Shown one piece after another: positions 50,822-63,446 of a stretch of DNA of 64,000 nt (positions are counted from its first letter, which is position 1; each line of letters opens with the position of its first letter). The notes beneath the pieces were generated by a model. That model saw only the letters and a list, made by a program, of their open reading frames with translations, searched no databases and had not been told where the DNA came from. Position numbers and translations under genes: made by a program. The stretch lies in NCBI GenBank assembly GCA_044892525.1, contig CM097885.1, forward strand, positions 78,244,001 through 78,308,000, given 5' to 3'. The stretch comes from Schmidtea polychroa (taxonomy: Eukaryota).

Positions 50822-51595
50822 TGTTGAGTTTTTATTTGTAAGTCGGTCCTTTCTCTGACTCCTCGTGTTCTTATTTTACCAAATCAATGGAAACTCAACA
50901 CAAAATAGCTTTATTTGATTTTTATCACAATTACAATTTGTCACTATTTGCACCTTGCTCTCAATTCAAATTTGTCTCGTTAAGGTATAGAACCCAAGGG
51001 GCAATTACCTTTTCTTGTACGAGTCTAGCTTCTTTATAATTCACAAATTTCCTCTTTGGACTTGTCCTTTCTGGATTTCTGTTTAGCTTTTTCATTTTTC
51101 TCTTCGACCAAATGGCGGCTTGCTCATTTCTAAGCTCTCCTTTTATACTGTGTCTAAGAGGCCAATTATCTAGCAAATTCAAATTAATTGTTTCCCCGGG
51201 CACCCTAAGTTAATATTGAAAGGTTTGACAATTATTTTAATTTGTTTACCCTGAAATTATAAATCGAATTATTATTACCTTATCTGGTGTCTCGGGTCTC
51301 ACTGCTCATCGGGTTTTCTTCAGTGCTCGGGTTTCCAATGGGCTCGGGCTTTCCATTGGCTCGGGCTTTCCATTACAGATTAATTAATTTGTTTTTCCTT
51401 ATTAACTTTTTCTATGATTACCCTATTACATTTTTATTATGCTTTCTAACCTCGTCTAACAATTTGGCATTCAACCATACCCGATATATTGATTTTTAAT
51501 TTTTATTAATTATGTACTTGTATTGATTTTACCAATTTTTGTTCTGCTTTCTGGTACCATGTGAAATTTATTTTGTTTTTGCTCTAACCCCAACA
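50822..51595 (-). repeat. 3' LTR of family A element
   Basis: TGTTG...CAACA termini; preceded on the minus strand by PPT AAAGAGGGGAGATA; left flank TATA. Confidence 0.9.
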
Positions 51596-53988
51596 TATCT
51601 CCCCTCTTTAATTAAGATTCGTCCTCGAATCTATTCAATTATTAATTATTTATTAAGATGGTAGAGTATTCTCAATACCATAATGATACTTTATAATAAT
51701 TTTATAATAGTATCACTAATAATAGCAGTGAATTAATAATAATAGTAATAATAGTGAAATAATAATAATATGATAAAAGTAANNNNNNNNNNNNNNNNNN
51801 NNNNNNNNNNNNNNNNNNNNNNNNNNNNNNNNNNNNNNNNNNNNNNNNNNNNNNNNNNNNNNNNNNNNNNNNNNNNNNNNNNNNNNNNNNNNNNNNNNNN
51901 NNNNNNNNNNNNNNNNNNNNNNNNNNNNNNNNNNNNNNNNNNNNNNNNNNNNNNNNNNNNNNNNNNNNNNNNNNNNNNNNNNNNNNNNNNNNNNNNNNNA
52001 TTAATATTAATAATGATGTTAATTAAATATAATATTAATAGTAATAATAATAACAGTAATAAATATAATAATGATAATAATATTAATATTAAAATTAATA
52101 ATAATAATATATTTTGGCAATTTTCGCCGATTTATTTACATAATGGCAATTTTGCCCTTTGAGCCGATAATCGGCAATTCATTTTATTTTCATTTTAGCC
52201 ATTATGCCATGATAATCAAATGGCAATTATGCCATTGGAGCCGATAATCGGTAGTCAATTTTATTTACTTTTGGCAATTATGCCATTTAAAAATTCCGAC
52301 GTTGGACAATTTTTGTTGGTCCAATTTGATTGTGGATATTTTGTGATTATTTATTCCCAGCTTTCAGGTTATTTTTCATTTTTAAATTTTATTTATTAGT
52401 TTTTCAGATTCATAATATGCCTGCATTTGAATTTTAAATAACATTTTCAGTAAAAACCGATGTCAGTTATATATCAAGTTGACAAGAGATCAAATGAAAT
52501 GGGGAGTTTGAATTTAAATATTTATGAAGCATAAATAAAACTAAGTTTATGGGAATATCTTGAAATTTGACACATTGTATAGATTTTAACTGTAAGAATA
52601 AGAATTTCCTTCATTCGAAAATGTTGGTGTTATCAAAATGTCAGAAATGAATGTGATAAAGAAAGTAGGAGAAAAGTAAGAGTATAATTAGAATAATCAA
52701 AATAAATAATTAAAGAACAATAAAAACCAAAAAGCAAATAATTTATTCAAAGTCCAAAGAAAAAGTAATTTTTCAAGAGCATATGATAAAAAGTAATAAG
52801 TTATCACAATAAAAACTCATTAAACTTATTTTGGAATAGTAAAATTTTTATAAAATTTGGATTTTCTAATTTAAAATATCGCATTATTGACTGGCAAACC
52901 AGAAGTAACAAACTTTTGACGCTAAACCACTAGAAAAGAAAGTTGGTGAGGTTTGTTACTTATATTATAAAATCTATTTATTTTTCTTAGTTATAGAAAA
53001 TGTTGTCCAGTGAAACCGGGTTAGGGTTTTGGTACTACAGTCGATTAGGCATAATTTTGGATTATATGTGTAAATTTTATTTAAGAAATAATCCCTGAAA
53101 CTGTAGTGTCGTAACAATCTGCTCGGTGCTTAAAGAGTATATTTTACATTATATTGTTTAGAAAGGATAAGATTTTGTAATTATTATTATTTAAATCGCT
53201 AAAAAGTAGTGTGAAAATAACATTAAGCAGATTCATAACAAAAGTTTCCGATGTCATGTTACTTTGATTTTGCCAGTGTCATAAAATTTAAGAAGTGGTC
53301 TGTTACAAAAATATATAACTTGTTAGTGAATTTTTGTGTCAGAAAACGTTGAATATCATTATATTAATGTAATGGAATATCAAGAATATTTAATTAAAAG
53401 TTGAATGATTAATCAATAAGTTAAAAAACAAAATTATATTAGACCTAACAGAAATGAGTCCAATTTAGATCAAATATTGTCAACATTTTTCATTATCAAC
53501 TCTTCAAGAGTTCGAAGAAATCAGGAATAAATAAAACAACTTAAATGACATAACAAATAAAGGTAAAAATTAATCTACTTCAAAAAATCAAGTTAAATAT
53601 TTTTATATGAAAACTTGAATTATTTATGTGATGAATTAATTAAATTAATACAATTTTGAGTTTATAGTTTAAATATGTAAAATTTTTTTTGAAAAAATAT
53701 TGATTATATAATTTGCAAATTTTTATTACTGTGCAAAACTTTGATCAGTTTGGAAAATTGATAATCTTCATTACCAAATGGCTAACATAAAAAAAAAGCT
53801 GTTGGAAGTTTTTTTTTAAAAGATTTATATTTAACAAAAAAATGAACATTTATCTTCAATAAAATGTAAATTTTATGAGATAACAAAGAATTGATAACAA
53901 TAACATCAATGATACAAATACAGCTTTCTGATAAAATATTTTTTTAATATCCCATCAAAAATATTCTACTACTAATAATAATAACAAC

Positions 53989-54038
<50 letters not shown>

Positions 54039-54189
54039 ATTACTGATGCGAAATAATAATTGTTAATAATACTAATTTTAACTACAATACTGACAATAAT
54101 AGTTACGTTTGGTTATTTAATTTTTTTTTGTTACTATTTGATTGTTTTATTTGATTATTCTATTTATTTATTCGTTTATTCACTTTGAT

Positions 54190-54716
54190 TATTTTATTTA
54201 TTTAATTCAATATTCAATTATGGGATGGGACGCCAAAATATATATATATATATAAAAGACGAGGGAAAGTTTTTATTAATCATGATATAATAACAATAAT
54301 CAATCAATCTTCAATTCTATTTTTCCCGCCTCACTCTTGTAGCGGATATATGTTTTGTCCCGATAATAGACCATTCCATTCACCATGATGGACTCGCTGG
54401 CTTCGATTTTTGTTGTTGATTTTCTTTTTCTATCCTCTAAATGAAGAATAGGCCCATGTTCAAATGATGCCGGAATTCTGTGAATAGATAAACTTATTAT
54501 CATTTCGAGGCTTTCATTGATCGGATCCAAATATTCTTCAGTTGCCCATTTCAACGGTGCTTCGTCAATTTCCATTTGTTCTTCAATTGTTAGATCGACT
54601 TGTTCAACTATCTCGAAGGATGTTCCACTCGTTTTTTGGTACTTTGTTCACCGCATAAAGTTTTTGATATTCTGCCAAAGAATATTTCTTTGATGGGACT
54701 ATTTTCTGGATTTTTA
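54190..54716 (-). repeat. ~530-bp duplicate of ~55420-55947 (3' end of exonuclease ORF)
   Basis: ORF 54300..54575 is nearly identical to the C-terminal part of ORF 55574..56056; the copies differ by scattered substitutions. Confidence 0.9.
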
Positions 54717-55104
54717 AATTAATTCACGTATTTGGACGTATTTCACGTTATATTTTGATGTTAATTAAATATAATAATAATAGTAACAGTAACAAATATA
54801 ATAATGATAATAATAATGATAATAATATTAATATTAAAATTAATACTTATCACAACTATCCAATTGGGATAAGATTATGTTATGAACACCGACAATTGTA
54901 CTGTATTAACAAATTTTACACCTAATATTTAAATGTGAGAAAGTATATACAATTTTATATTTTTATTTGCTTTTTTAGTTTGTTAAATTTTGATTACCAA
55001 AGTGATTCTGGTTGACTAGTAAGAAAAAATTTGAAATAAATTTGTAACCAGTGGAATCATTCATTAAAATGCAACATTTTATTATATTTTAATAAATAAT
55101 AACA

Positions 55105-55139
<35 letters not shown>

Positions 55140-55499
55140 TGTTTCGACCAGTCAGAGGGGGATTGCCTCTGACTGGCATTTATTCGGTTTCTTTTGTCTA
55201 TCGCGTCTGTGTGCGCGGTCTGGTTAGACCGAATATTGTTGGTGTGCGCACACAGACGCGAGCAATGGATTGTTGTTTGGAAGTAGGTTTTGATGTAATT
55301 TTAATGACAGTGTTAAAGAATAAAATTTTAATGATTTATTTGGATCTTATTCAATAATAATAATAATAATAATAGTAATTTGTTACTATTTTATTTGATT
55401 ACTTTATTTATGTGTTCATTTATTCGCTTTGATTATTTTATTTATTTAATTTAATATTCAATTATGGGATGGGACGCCAAAATATATATAAGACGAGGG

Positions 55500-56963
55500 A
55501 AAGTTTTTATTAATCATGATATATATAACAATAATTAATCAATTTTTAATTCTATTTCTCCCGCCTCACTCTTTTAGCGGATATATGTTTTCTCCCGATA
55601 ATAGACTATTCCATTCACCATGATGGACTCACTGGCTTCGATTTTTGTTGATTTTCTTTTTCTATTCTCTAAATGAAGAATAGGTCCATGTTCAAATGAT
55701 GCCGGAATTCTGTGAATCGATAAACTTATTATCATTTCGAGGCTTTCCTTGATCGGATCCAAATATTCTTTAGTTGCCCATTTCAACGGTGCTTCGTCAA
55801 TTTCCATTTGTTCCTCAATTGTTAGATCGACTTGTTCAACTATCTCGAAGGATGTTCCACTCGTTGTTGGTACTTTGTCCACCGCATGAAGTTTTTGATA
55901 TTCGGCTAAAGAATATTTCTTTGATGGGACTTTTTTCTGGATTTTTACATCATCTTCCCATAAATTCTCAATTTTCCTGTACACTCCGTACATTTTTGAC
56001 ATCTTCCAATGCTGAGTGAATACCAGTTTGTGTTTGTTCTCCGAATATTTCTTCAATCACTGTTTTGAGTTTAAAGAATTCTCCTCTCCTTGTTATTCCT
56101 TTCAGTTGGAGTGCCTGTGCTAGATCCCTAATTCCGTACAATTGATTTTTCCAGATTTTCAAATGTTCCAATTCTGCATGAAGATCATGTCCCACTAAAA
56201 TTTTTCCAACAGTTAGTTTTTGAACTTCTCGCATCTCCGTATACTGCTCGCATGGGTTTCTACTGGCAATCTCTGTGATACCATGAATGCTGGAATTGAA
56301 ATGACGCAATCTTCCTCTTGGTGTCAAATATGAATTTTTAATTATTTTTCCTTCGTAACTCATCATCGCTATTGACAACGGAATCATTTTATTATTTTCT
56401 GATGTTCCATATTCTGCATCCATAAACACGATTCGGTTCCGTATCTCCTCCAGACTCATTTCCCTTCGAATAAATGACAATCTTCTTCTCAGCATTTCTG
56501 TAGTAATTGGAAGCATTGTTGGATCATCTGGCAATTTTGAAGTGGTTTGTGGAATTTCATTTTTCTCGTTCGGGCTTCGTGTTTCCAAAACAATTCTTGA
56601 ATCTTCATTGGATGCTCTCAACTTCTTCCTCAAGGTTTCTTTCTACAGATTCCACGATGATCCTTGGTGTAATTCCCAATAGACTTTTTGTCCTTCGTCT
56701 ATCACCTCCACTTTCCCTTTGATCACGTGTAGCATGTACTCATTCCCATCCTTGATTTAATCTTCTATTATTTTCACCGATTTCCGGCTCACTTTAAAAA
56801 TTCGGGTTTTCATTTTTCTGTCAACCACCCTCAAGTAGTTTGGTATTTTTCGGTTGTCATTGATGGCGATGGCATCTTGTCCCACGTGGTTGCGGTGCAT
56901 CTTCAAATATCCGTCATAAATTGCTCTTGTCCTTTGGATTTGTTCCATTACTGAAATATTCAC
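55500..56963 (-). pseudogene. DEDDh 3'-5' exonuclease (REX4/ISG20-like) ORF within the Gypsy element
   Basis: IVFMDAEYG (ExoI), SIHGIT, ILVGHDL..E (ExoII), IRDL, HSALED (ExoIII). 56963-55968 is one frame with two stops; one frameshift continues into VYRKIENLWEDD. Confidence 0.9.
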
Positions 56964-57344
56964 TATTAAATTTGTTAGATTTTAAGATTGAAGTGATCAA
57001 CACGGTAGAGTACCCCAGGGGCACTGCCTTGGTGATAAAAAATAACTGTATAAATAATAAATATTAATAAAAATTTACCTATTCAATTTTGAAAGATTTC
57101 ATTTTCTTTGATTTAACTAATTAAACTGACTTTAATTATTTTTACGACCCCTTATGTACAGTTGTTAAATTTTCTTTCCCATAAAATTTTGTGTTCATAT
57201 TTTTTGTTTATTTTTATCCCTCTTAGCCAATCATATTTCTCTTTGATTGAAAGGTGCAAATTTTACAACTATCATAAAATAAAAGTTACTACTAATACAG
57301 TACTATTATAATATCATAATTGCATGCAAAATAAATGTATCTCA

Positions 57345-58602
57345 CTAGACCCATGTTTCTTCGTAGACAATCCCAAGTTTTGAGGTCTTGGATTGACATT
57401 CATATTGTCTGTTAAATCTTTGATAGTAAATCAGTAGAGTGAGAAGAATGATAATGGAAAATGGTGTCACACTGATGATGATAGATGACAAAATAACATA
57501 AGTATTTTCAAAATCATTTGATAATGAGAATGTAGTTTTGTTTCTTGGAATTTGTGTTCCATTAATAAGAGAAGAATTAATGTCATTTATGAGTTGATTA
57601 ATCACATTGGTTGATGAATTGTGCATGTATTTTGAGGTTTCTGCATCAGTTGTATCAAATTGTACTCGAATAGATTTACTTTCCACTAGAACGATTTTCC
57701 ATTGATCGGGATGAAAAGCACGTTGATAATATTTTATTTTTACAATAACAATTTTTGAAGTTGACTTTGAACGTATTTGTTGAAATATTAATATTTTAGA
57801 TGTAATATTACCTTGCAATATAGCTTGCAGTTTTCCGCAATAGTAAATTTCCACTTTTTATTGGTTATCGCTTGTCGTGTGGCTATCCATTTTTGATTAT
57901 TATATCGTAAAATAATACGATTTGGTTCATTTTCCAATTTTATGGATTTTCGAATAGAATTAATTTTTACCCACTGGTTATCGATTTCGGTACCATTTTC
58001 ACGCAAAAGCTTTTCATAACAACGATATCATACGTTTGATTTAATTTTAAATTATTGTAATGGACAAAGGGTTTTCAGATCTTTAATGTATCGATAATAT
58101 TATTTTGAAAGATTAATTTGACTTTTTGGGATTCGTGGGGTTCCCAATATACATCGATTCCATTCACTACTGGTTCTATTGAAACCAGACTGTTTAAATT
58201 TTTTGTTAATATTTCTATTTGGATTATATTACGTATTTTTGTATTATTATTTTGAAATAGTAACTCTGTTATTTGCCAAGGGTATTCATAATTGATTGTT
58301 AATTGACGAGTCACGAAAATATTTTTATTGAAATTCAACTTTACAGGTGGGTCAAAGTGATTTAATAAATTACTTATTTCTATTTCTTCCGTTGACCCAG
58401 AAAGATAAAACCATACTATTTGGGTACATGTTGAATATATATGAATTTTCTCCAATAATGGGACCCTTTTTATTGCATACTTTGGAAAAGATCGACCTGC
58501 ATTTGTTCCTAAAACATTTAGTAGCATTATTGTTGTTATTAATAAGACATTAGTGGTATATCCTAAGGGTACTGGGTTTTTAATAACCTTTTGCTTGACC
58601 AC
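57345..58602 (-). pseudogene. ORF3: env-position type I membrane protein, frameshifted
   Basis: N-terminal hydrophobic signal (VLLITTIMLLNVLGTNAG), C-terminal TM segment (VILSSIIISVTPFSIIILLTLLIYY) and a short tail; lies directly after integrase. Confidence 0.7.
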
Positions 58603-58634
58603 TTTTTCTTCTACTGATTTGTTCTTTTAAGATC

Positions 58635-61140
58635 TTAACGGATATCACTCTCCATTGCCGACACTTTCTTACAACGATTAGCATGAACTATAATTGTCCC
58701 AGCCTTTTTATTATTTTGTGGACGTAATTTCAGGTTGGTTTCTGTTGTATCACATACAATATACGGTCCTTTAAACGGTCGTTGTAACTTTGGTGACAAG
58801 CCCTTTTCTGGTTCTGGTTTATTTACATAGACTAAATCTCCTATATTAATATTATGAGCATGTGCTTTTCTGTCGTAGGATTCTTTATACGTTTCCTGGC
58901 TATGTCTTATTTTTAAAGCAGCTTGAGCCCACACTGACTGTAATCTCTCATGCATGATTACTTAATAATCGGATGTATCCATATACTGCGATATAAGTGT
59001 TTGAAATTTCAAATCAATTGGCATATTATTTCGCCGTAGATACATAAGATAAAGGGGTGTTTCACCAGTGCTTTCATTACCTGCATTTCGATATGCGATT
59101 TCGGTTTGATAAATAAATCCCAATCTCTTTGTTTTCGATTCACATAAGATGATATCATATTAATTAATGTTCCGTTAAACCTTTCTACTAAGCCATCTGT
59201 TTGTGGATGATATGGTGATGTACTAAGTTTTAATATACCAAATAGCTCCGATATCGAACTAAATAATTCACTTTGAAAATTCGTTCCTTGATCTGTAAGT
59301 AATTTCTTTGGTGCTCCATATCGGAAAATAATGCTTTCTACTAGTATTTTTGCAACTGTTTCTGCCTTTTGATTTTGCATGGCATATGCTTCTGGCCATT
59401 TAGTTAGATAGTCGCAAAATACAACGATATATTTTTTTGTCATTTATTGTTTCCGGCAATGGACCGACAATGTCCATTGCTGTCATTTCCATTGGCGCTG
59501 CTGGCACTGGCATAGGTCTTAGTGGAACTTTTATTTTCCTTCCTGTATTTCGTCTTGTCAAGCATACTCTACAAGTATGGCACCATTGATTGACATCTTG
59601 TTCCATTGTCTCCCAATAATACTTCAATTTCAATCTTGATAATGTTTTTCAAGCTGATAAATGCCCTCCTAGTGTTCCATCGTGGTAAATCAACAATAAT
59701 GCTTCTCGATGTTTTGCTGGAACTATAATTAGTAAATTTTCATTTTTTACACATTTTAATAAACCCTCGTGGATAATATATTTATGTTTTTCCTCAACAA
59801 TATGTTTCCAATCACTCTCCGTTTTAATTGTTACTGCATTTTTTCGTAATTGATTTAGTTCCTCATCATTTTCTTGATCATATTGTAATTCCTTTATATT
59901 ATTTGCTGATTTAATTACCATAAATATTGTATCATTATAGTTCGTTTTTTCATTATTATTATTATTTTCTTCAGGGATTCTCGACAGTGTGTCTGCATTT
60001 GCATTTGATTTACCCGTACGGTATTTAATTTCAAAATCATATTCTGTAGTGCGATTGACCATCTAATCAACTTACTTGTTGAATCTCTATGCTTCATGAG
60101 CCATTGTAAAGGGTTATGGTCCGTAAAGACAACAAATCCTCTCCCAACTAAATACTGTCGAAATGTAGTTATTCCATAAACTAATGCCAACGTTTCTTTT
60201 TCAATCGTAGAATAATTCTTTTCATGCGGTTTCAAAGTTCTACTCGCATATGCGATGACGTGATCTCTTTCTCCTTCAACCTGTTGTCCTAGCACTACGC
60301 CCAACGCAAAATTGCTCGCTTCTGTCATTAGGATAAATGGTATTTTAAAATTTGGACATCTTAATATTGGTTTTTTAATCAAAATTTCTTTCAGCGATTC
60401 GAACGCTTCCTGTTGTGTTTTGTCCATTTAAATTGAGTCTGCTTTTTTAATAATATGTTCAGGGGTTGTGCTACATGTGCAAAATTTTTAATGAATTTTC
60501 TATAATAACTGGCTAATCCGAGAAATTGTCTAACATGATCTACATTTTTTGGAATTGGATAATTTTTAATTTTTTCTACATTTTCGGGGTTTGGCTGTAA
60601 TCCACTTCGGGATATAATATGACCAACATAGACTAGCTCTGATTTCCCCCACTCACATTTTGAGGGTTTTATTTTTAAATTCGCCTTTAGCAATCTTTGG
60701 AATACTGTTTCTACATCTTCCAAATGTTCCTGAAAGTTATTCGAAAATATTATTATATCATCAATATAAACTAGTGCGTGTGGGATGTCTCTTAATCCAA
60801 AATTCATACCTCGCTGGAACGTCGCTGGCGCTCCCGTTAAGCCAAATGGTAACACATTGAATTCGTACAAACTTTTACCGTCTGAAAATGCCATTTTCCT
60901 TCTATCTTCTTTTACTTTAAATTGATTATATCCCTTATTCAAATCGATTACTGTGAAGAATTGTACTTCTCCCATGTGATCAAACATTTCCTGTGGAGTA
61001 GTAGACAAAAATTGGTCCTGAAGTAATTCTTTGACTTGCTTTGCCACTTCCTCTTGATCTGGCCTTACTTCGAACGCTTTCTCTGCAAGAGTAGTTAAAT
61101 TATAAGCAAACTCACTTATAGATTCATCGGGCTTTTGCAC
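58635..61140 (-). pseudogene. pol: Gypsy pol (partial RT, RNase H, integrase), frameshifted; protease absent
   Basis: IDLNKGY, LPFGLTGAPATFQR, YIDD, FLGLASYYRKFI, EASNFALG, YASRTL, FTDHNPL, HLS...YYW...C..C, MDIVGPL, TDQG, YHPQTDGLVER, KLQRPFKGPY. Confidence 0.97.
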
Positions 61141-61506
61141 TCAACTGTAAAACTTTTGACGCATCATTCTCTTTATATCTCCTCCAATCAACTTGGCTGC
61201 CAACGCATCTTTCAATCTTGTCCAATCATTTGCTATAGGTCGTTTATCAATCTGTTGCCAAGCCTCTCGCGCAGCTCCCTTTAAATATAATGGTAGACGT
61301 TGTACCATAGTTGCTTGGCTCCATCCATAAGCTGTAGCATACATGTAATAATCTGCCATAAAGTCAACAAATTCGACTGGATCTCCTCCATATTGCTCAA
61401 CTGGTAATTTTTGACAACTGGCATAATCTTTTCCATTGTTCGCTTGAATAGTAGACACTGAGATTTGTTCATTGATATTTGAGTTGCTCGTCGCCATATT
61501 TTCCAA
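61141..61506 (-). pseudogene. gag: Gypsy gag (N-terminal part)
   Basis: YGGDPVEFVDF...YGWS...LPLYLKGAAREAW...W..LK..L, continuing after a stop as QKPDESISEFAYNLTTLAEKAF. Confidence 0.85.
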
Positions 61507-61906
61507 GTGTTTTTTACTTCTCAGATTGTATAATTTCTCTTGGACAACTGTTTCTCGTCTAAATTTTAAAAAATTACAATTTTTAACTTTACCTTTTGTT
61601 TTAATTTTGAATTAATTTCCAATAATAGTTTTTATAAATTTTGTAACTTTTCCACAACTTTATTTCAATATCTTTTAAATTTTGTTAACTTTCACTCTTT
61701 TATTTCAACTGCACAATTTGTTCAATTTCTCTTTTTTCAATTTAATTTCTCTTTAACGAATTTAATTTCAATTTTTTCTTTTCTTTTTCAATTTAATTTC
61801 TCTTTAACAAATTTAATTTCAACTTTATATCTCGGCAATTTTATTCAACTTTCAATTATATTTAATTTTCTCTTTTCACTTTTCCACAATATTCACTGCC
61901 GACTTG

Positions 61907-61924
61907 ATCACGTCGGGCTCACCA
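61907..61924 (-). promoter_or_regulatory. Primer-binding site, tRNA-Trp type
   Basis: TGGTGAGCCCGACGTGAT, 3 nt inside the LTR end; one mismatch to the classical tRNA-Trp PBS TGGTGACCCCGACGTGAT. Confidence 0.85.
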
Positions 61925-62671
61925 AAATGTTGAGTTTTTATTTGTAAGTCGGTCCTTTCTCTGACTCCTCGTGTTCTTATTTTACTAAATCAATGGAAAC
62001 TCAACACAAAATAGCTTTATTTGATTTTTATCACAATTACAATTTGTCACTATTTGCACCTTGCTCTCAATTCAAATTTGTCTCGTTAAGGTATAGAACC
62101 CAAGGGGCAATTACCTTTTCTTGTACGAGTCTTTATAATTCACAAATTTCCTCTTTGGACTTGTCCTTTCTGGATTTTCTGTTTAGCTTTTTCCTTTTTC
62201 TCTTCGACCGAATGGCGGCTTGCCCATTTCTAAGCTCTCCTTTTATACTGTGCCTAAGAGGCCAATTATCTAGCAAATTCAAATTAATTGTTTCCCCGGG
62301 CACCCTAAGTTAATATTGTTATAGTTAATTTCCTTATTAACTTTTTCTATGATCACCCTATTACATTTTTATTATGCTTTCTAACCTCGTCTAACAATTT
62401 GGCATTCATCNNNNNNNNNNNNNNNNNNNNNNNNNNNNNNNNNNNNNNNNNNNNNNNNNNNNNNNNNNNNNNNNNNNNNNNNNNNNNNNNNNNNNNNNNN
62501 NNNNNNNNNNNNNNNNNNNNNNNNNNNNNNNNNNNNNNNNNNNNNNNNNNNNNNNNNNCTCTGAGTAAAATTGATTTGTACTACTTGAGTACTTATGGCT
62601 GTCATAGACAGATGTGATCGGTTGGGTATTAGTAAACTTCGATGGGGATGGGGGTACACGGGTTTCCTTCC

Positions 62672-63446
62672 AAATTCACAATAAAAATTTAAAGTACAAA
62701 ATATTAATTAAAAATCAAAAAATTTAAATTTTCCTGGGGAAACTGGTATGGGCGGATTCTAAATAATGAGACGAGTTCGTCTATTATAAAATAAAATCAA
62801 TGGGGGTCCATAGAAGGAATATATTTCAAAAAACAAAAATTAATTAACTAATGTAGAACCCGAAATAATGGGAAATTCGAGACAATGGAAAACCCGAGCG
62901 ATTTAAGTGAACCTGAATTATCAATCAAATTAGGAAAGGCAATTAAATTAGCCGACTGAAATTAAATTGGAGCGAACCATCAAAGGAGACGGACATTTCC
63001 TCAAAGCGAATTAGAGCTACAAGAGAATGCCCGGGGGGAAGTTATATCCAGACTAATTTGACAAAGTAAAATCAATTACAAAATGGGTATAAAAGCGACC
63101 GGCAAGAAAACAGAATTGCCAGTTGGTCGAAGAAAAAGAAAACAAGAAGTTTAGCGAGACCGACAAAGAAAACATTAAAGTTAGTAGCAATTGAATAACT
63201 TAAATCGCACGTACCAGAAAGGGACACCTCCCGTTGGAAGATCCATCCATAATGTGAGATTTGTAGTTGTATTGAAAAGTGCAGACCAAAAAGTGTTGTA
63301 TCAAGTGTGGTTGAATTAATAAAATGTGTAACTTAAGTGTAACTGTATCAGTCTTAAATAAAGATTTTGTGTTGGGTCGTTTATTTTTTTTGAAAAGAAC
63401 ACAAAGGAGTCAGACAGTAATACCGACTTGCACAAAATACCCAACA
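62672..63446 (+). mobile_element. LTR of family C (5' boundary not resolved)
   Basis: Reverse-complement homologue of 9463-10261; ends CCCAACA followed by ATAT. Confidence 0.8.

Larger units (their letters stand above)
50822..62410 (-). mobile_element. Near-complete Ty3/Gypsy LTR retrotransposon (family A) with ORF3 and an extra exonuclease ORF; the 5' LTR runs into an N-gap
   Basis: Near-identical LTRs at 50822-51595 and 61928-62410+, PPT at 51596-51608, PBS at 61907-61924, gag-RT-RNaseH-integrase order. Confidence 0.9.

Noticed and set aside
23556-56722. Antisense or overlapping ORFs within transposase, Rep and exonuclease regions (e.g. 23556, 23758, 31584, 31717, 44218, 49715, 49816, 50061, 50243, 55774, 56507)
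   Set aside because: Shadow frames of the real coding strand with no motifs of their own.
50961-62313. ORFs inside LTRs (50961..51203, 51287..51499, 61993..62313, 16516..16716)
   Set aside because: Low-complexity and disrupted between the two near-identical LTR copies.
4025-62659. ORFs containing long X runs (4025, 4068, 9119-9429, 29288-29511, 51770, 62381-62659)
   Set aside because: Artefacts of translating through N gaps.
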